This document shows, one piece after another, positions 49,093-53,245 of a stretch of 53,245 bases of DNA; the first letter of the stretch is position 1; each line of letters starts with the position of its first letter. Source of the DNA: Basidioascus undulatus (taxonomy: Eukaryota); contig JTLS01000010.1 of assembly GCA_000826855.1 (NCBI GenBank), positions 1 through 53,245 on the forward strand. Reading direction: 5' to 3'. Both the position numbers and the translations under genes were made by a program. Below the pieces are notes generated by a model. That model was not told the DNA's origin and made no database searches. It saw only the letters and a list, made by a program, of their open reading frames with translations.

Positions 49093-52000
49093 TCATGCGA
49101 CTACGGTCTCGGGCTTGGACGCTTCGGGCGCAGCGGGCGCGACGGGTATGGGCGTGGACGCCTTGGGCCCAGTGGGCGGCGCTGGGCCATTGCCGTTCGC
49201 GGTCGGAGGCGGAGGCGGTTGACGCGAGTTCACGAGACGCTCGACTGCGTGAAAGTCAAGAAATCAGCGCGCGGAGACAACGCGTAGTGGACTCGTCGGA
49301 CGCACTGGCCATGAGGTGCTTCGAGTAAGAGTTCGAGAACTTGCGCATGTTGGCGAGGTGCGGCCGGATCTTGGCGACTGCGAAGCGACGGCATCGGTCA
49401 GCTCACTCTGTATCACTCAACGCGCGGTACTATGAAAGCCAGCAACGCACTCAGGTCATCCAGCTGCTCGCCCAGCGCGACGCTCACGGCTCGTTGCAAG
49501 ACATAGTCTGAGCAACGGAAGAGCGTTAGCGAAATCCTCCCAAGTGAACATTGTAGCAAGAAGCGACGCACTTCCGTACTGGTCCTTCATGAGTGCCAGC
49601 ACCTGCGAGTTGCCGCCCTGCTTGACTTCGGCGATCTCGTCGATGAGCGATCGCCGGTCGCTCGGATCGGCCATGACGAGGGCCTTTTCGCAGACGTTCT
49701 GTACAAGGGGCGCGAGGTCAGTGTTTTGGCTCCGCAGCGTCTGTGCGATTAGGACACGGACAGATGCGAACTTGTGACTACGCAAGTAAACATATGTCAG
49801 TAACGAGTCTTGACACGGGGGGCAGTGACGGGAGACTGACCGAGCGAGCTGCAAGATCTGTCCCCGGACCTTGGCGACGATCGAGCGGCGGTCCTCGTCA
49901 CTGCCGTGCTCCAGCAGGAATTGCTGTTCCGAAGCACCAAATTAGCATCTCTTTCCATCCATCCGCATCCACCATCTCCCCGAGGTAAACGCACAATAAC
50001 ATAGTTCTGTAAAGACAGCGTCCCTGTGGTCAGCACCGAAGCCACAAAGCAGGGAAAGAGCGTAGGCACGTACGCCAAACATGTCTAGCATGAGCTGGTT
50101 CGCGCGCACGTGGAGCTCGTCGATGAGCGGGCGCGTCTGCTCGGGCTCGAGGTGCTCAAAGCATCGCTGGAGGACGCGGCACCCGTACGGGTGCGTCGAG
50201 AGCTCGTACACGTGGCCCTTGAACGCCGAGACGAACGTGAGCCGCTCCGGCGCAACGCGCTCGATGATGCGCTGCGGGCGTCGGAATGAAGGGGTCAGCA
50301 TTATGTGTGAATCGGGCGTGGGGAGGATTCGGTGAACAAAGGGCGCACTTGGATGACGTGGTTGGCTGCGCGAGACGATGGCGTCAGCCCAAACTTCGAA
50401 AAAGACTGGTTAATGAAAGGAACGAACCGTTCTGATCCCGCACAGCCTTCAGAATGTGGCTATCCAGCTCCTTCACAAGCGCAATCTGCTGCTCCACCAG
50501 CACATGCTCGAGAGCCTGTGCCAACCCGCGAACCCATCAGTTTACCGATTCCACCGAAAGGGTCGGAAGGGAGAGGGGGACCACACACTTTCTGCACGAC
50601 GCGGCAGCCATACATCTGGAACGACAACTGGAAGACGTTGCCCTCCATCTGCTTGGCGAGCAGCGTCTTCTGCACCTGGCTACCGTACTCGAACAGCTTT
50701 TGGATGACCTGCGATGCGCGCGTCCACCCCGATCGCAATGTCAATCCGTCAATCCCCTGCCATTCACACTTCGCTATCAAGGCAACCAAGGGGCAGGAGA
50801 ACGCACGTAATTCCCAAACTGCAAAGAGATGTAGCGTCAGCCATGCGGCTTTGAGGGGTGCCAGCGCGAGGGAGAGGGCAAGGGAGTGGAGAAGGGGGGA
50901 CGCACGACGTCCGAGCTAAGCTGCAGCGCATTCGGCAGGATCTCGTCAAACACGCGCTCCTTCTCCTCCGTAGTGGCCGTCTCGAGCTTCTGCTGGATGA
51001 AGCGGCTGCCGTGCTGGTCGCCCGAGAACTCGACGATGTAGCCAAAGATGTCCTGAGTTCGCCAGGTGCAAATAAGCGGACTGTTATCAAACCGAGAAGG
51101 GCGGGAGGGAGTGGAAGGGGAAGAGAAGGAAAGGGGAAAGAGGGATGGAGGAATGGAGGGCGCAGGAACGCACCCGCAGTTCATGCCGCTTGTTCTTGTT
51201 CGCGCGGAACTCCTCCAGCAAGGGCGAACGCAAGCCCTCCGCCGGGTCGTGCGCGTCGTGCGGGTGCCGACTGTGCGCGCCGCCGCCGCCGCCCCCTCCG
51301 CGAGGCTGGAAGTTTGCGGGCGCTTGGGGGGCGTAGATACTGGGTGAGGAGGGGAGTGGTGTGAGTTGGATGCTGAGGATGAAGAGGGAAGGAGGGAAAG
51401 GGGACACACGGCTCGCCGTAGCCGGAATGGAGGTGTGGCATGCTGTGCTTGTGGTGCAGCTACGGCGGGGGAGTGTCAGACGAGCAGCGAGTCGGGAGAG
51501 GGAGTGTGGTATGGCGGGGAGAAGGACGCACAGAGTGAGGAGGCGCATGCATAGCATACGGCGAGGGCGGGGGGACGTGGTAGAGCGTTCCCTGGGGCGG
51601 GGGTCCAGCGGGGACGAGGTAGTACTGTGCGGGTGGCCTGGGCGCATAGTCGAAATGGGTCGACTGGCTGCGGTGGAGCGTAGGCGGCGGGCCGGGCGGC
51701 TGGTGCGCGTACATTGCGCGCGGGCCTGGGGGCGGCGGCGGCGGCGAGGCGATGCCGAATGTCGGGCTGTAGACGCTCCCGTCCGGGGCGGGCTCCGCGT
51801 ATGCAGGGTACTCCCCGTACAGCTCCGGCGAGACCGGCGAGACCGCGTAGTACCCGTACGCGTCGTACGCGGCGTGCGGGGGCGCCGGCGCACCGTAGGG
51901 CGAGCGCTGGAGAGGCGGGGGAGGAGGCGGGCGGATGTGCGCGTGCGGAGGGGGTGGGCCATACATCCCTGCTGCGGCCGCTGCAGCTGCCGCCGCCGCC

Positions 52001-53245
52001 TGAGCAGCCATGGACGCCGCCGCTGCTGCCGCGTGCTGCTGCTGCTGCTGCTGCTGGGCGGGGTCCTCCATCGCGAGCCCACGCATGCCGGCGCTCAAGT
52101 CCGCCGCGGTGGTGTCCGCCTGCGCATGCTGCTCATACACCTTGTTGGGCAGGGGCGACGCGCCGTTCGTGCCTGCACCCGCGCGCTGGTACGCGTACGG
52201 CGAGCCGTTGCGCGGAGGAGTGGGTCCGGCCGCGGCGCCTGCGTTGACGGAGGGCGAGAGGCGCGTGGACGGCGAGGCGTCGCGCGCGCTGCCCGGCGTC
52301 GTGTACGACACGGCGCGCGAGTGCGTCAGCTGCGGCGTCGCGGGGTTCCCGTCCTTGTCTAGAGCGAGGACGTTGCGCGGCGGGTCGTCCGCGTGCGCGG
52401 CGAGCGCGGCGGCACGCGCGGATTCCGCTTGACGCTGGCGCGCTTCCTGGAGCGCACACGACCATCCATCCCATCAGTCCATCAGCCATCAATATCCCCG
52501 ATACCAATCAAGCCAGAACAAAGGAAGGAAAGAAAGACACGAAGAAATCAAACGCACCGCGTCCCCCGTCTTCTTAAGCCTCGTCGGGCTCGCGTGCGCA
52601 CCAGCCGCGTCGAACGGCTCCTTGCCCGGGCTTGAGGAGAGCCCCCACGTGTCGTACGGCTTGGAGGAGGGCGAGCGGTACGCGCCATTGGGCGTGGCAA
52701 CGCCGTCGTTGGACGAAATGGAGCGCGAGCGCGAGCGCGACTCGCCGCCTATCCCGCTGGACCAGACGTTCTGTTCATCCACGCCTCACCATGAGCCTCT
52801 CGCGTTCGAGTCTAACTTTGAACAGAAAGAGAAAGAGAGTGAGGGAAGGCGCCCACGCACCTGCCAGTTCCCCGCGAGCCCCTGCAAGTTACCCACGCCC
52901 GGAAACGTCGCGCTCGCAGGGTCAAGGCCCTTGCTCGCGGCGGACGCGCCGGCCGGGGTGGTCGGGCCGGTGGTGTTTGCGGAGGAGGAGGTGGTGGTGG
53001 TGGTGATTGTGCCTCCGCTGCTGGAGGGGCGGAAGTAAGAGCCTGCGCTCGCGGCCTGGGCGGAGTCGGAGATGGCGGGGCTGGCGATGGGCGAGGCGGA
53101 GTGGGACTGGCGCTCGCGCAGTGCGGAGGAGGGCGGTTAAAGGGAAGGCGGAGGGGGAAGGAAGGCGGATGCAGAAAGAACCTACGGGCGAGGCGGATGA
53201 CGCAAAGAAGGGGAGGCGAAGGGGGAATTGAGTCCTTGTGAAAGT
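49093..53245 (-). CDS. PUF3: Pumilio/Puf3-like RNA-binding protein (5' end probably outside window)
   Basis: Puf repeats: [70 protein letters not shown] and LMKDQYGNYVLQ. Q/A/P-rich N-terminal region. Stop at 49093-49095. Confidence 0.92.

Noticed and set aside
51975..52056. CAG/GCN triplet runs
   Set aside because: Ordinary polyQ/polyA low-complexity region of the Puf protein.

Overview
Eukaryotic, intron-rich, GC-rich fungal DNA, probably a basidiomycete (Pucciniomycotina-like, inferred from splice signals and gene families). Most long ORFs in the supplied track are exon fragments or antisense shadows. Apparently intact genes: 3' part of a Nup42/AMO1-like FG nucleoporin, a secreted K/D/E-repeat protein, a Zn-dependent glutathione-independent formaldehyde dehydrogenase-like gene (about 21 introns), an N-anchored disordered protein with candidate Atg8-interacting motifs, a neurofibromin/Ira RasGAP, VPS41, COA3, an STE3 pheromone receptor and most of a Pumilio/Puf3 gene. 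Between them are several apparently decayed genes: two F-box genes, a GH3 beta-glucosidase, a Rho1 paralogue, an HPD-motif protein, probably IAH1 and possibly a UPF0658-like gene. There is also a gene-poor tract of about 7 kb. The main leads are a candidate organelle-anchored autophagy receptor and an STE3 gene among pseudogenes, which may mark a degenerating mating-type region. Exon boundaries were read by eye and are approximate. No database searches were run; family calls rest on recalled motifs.
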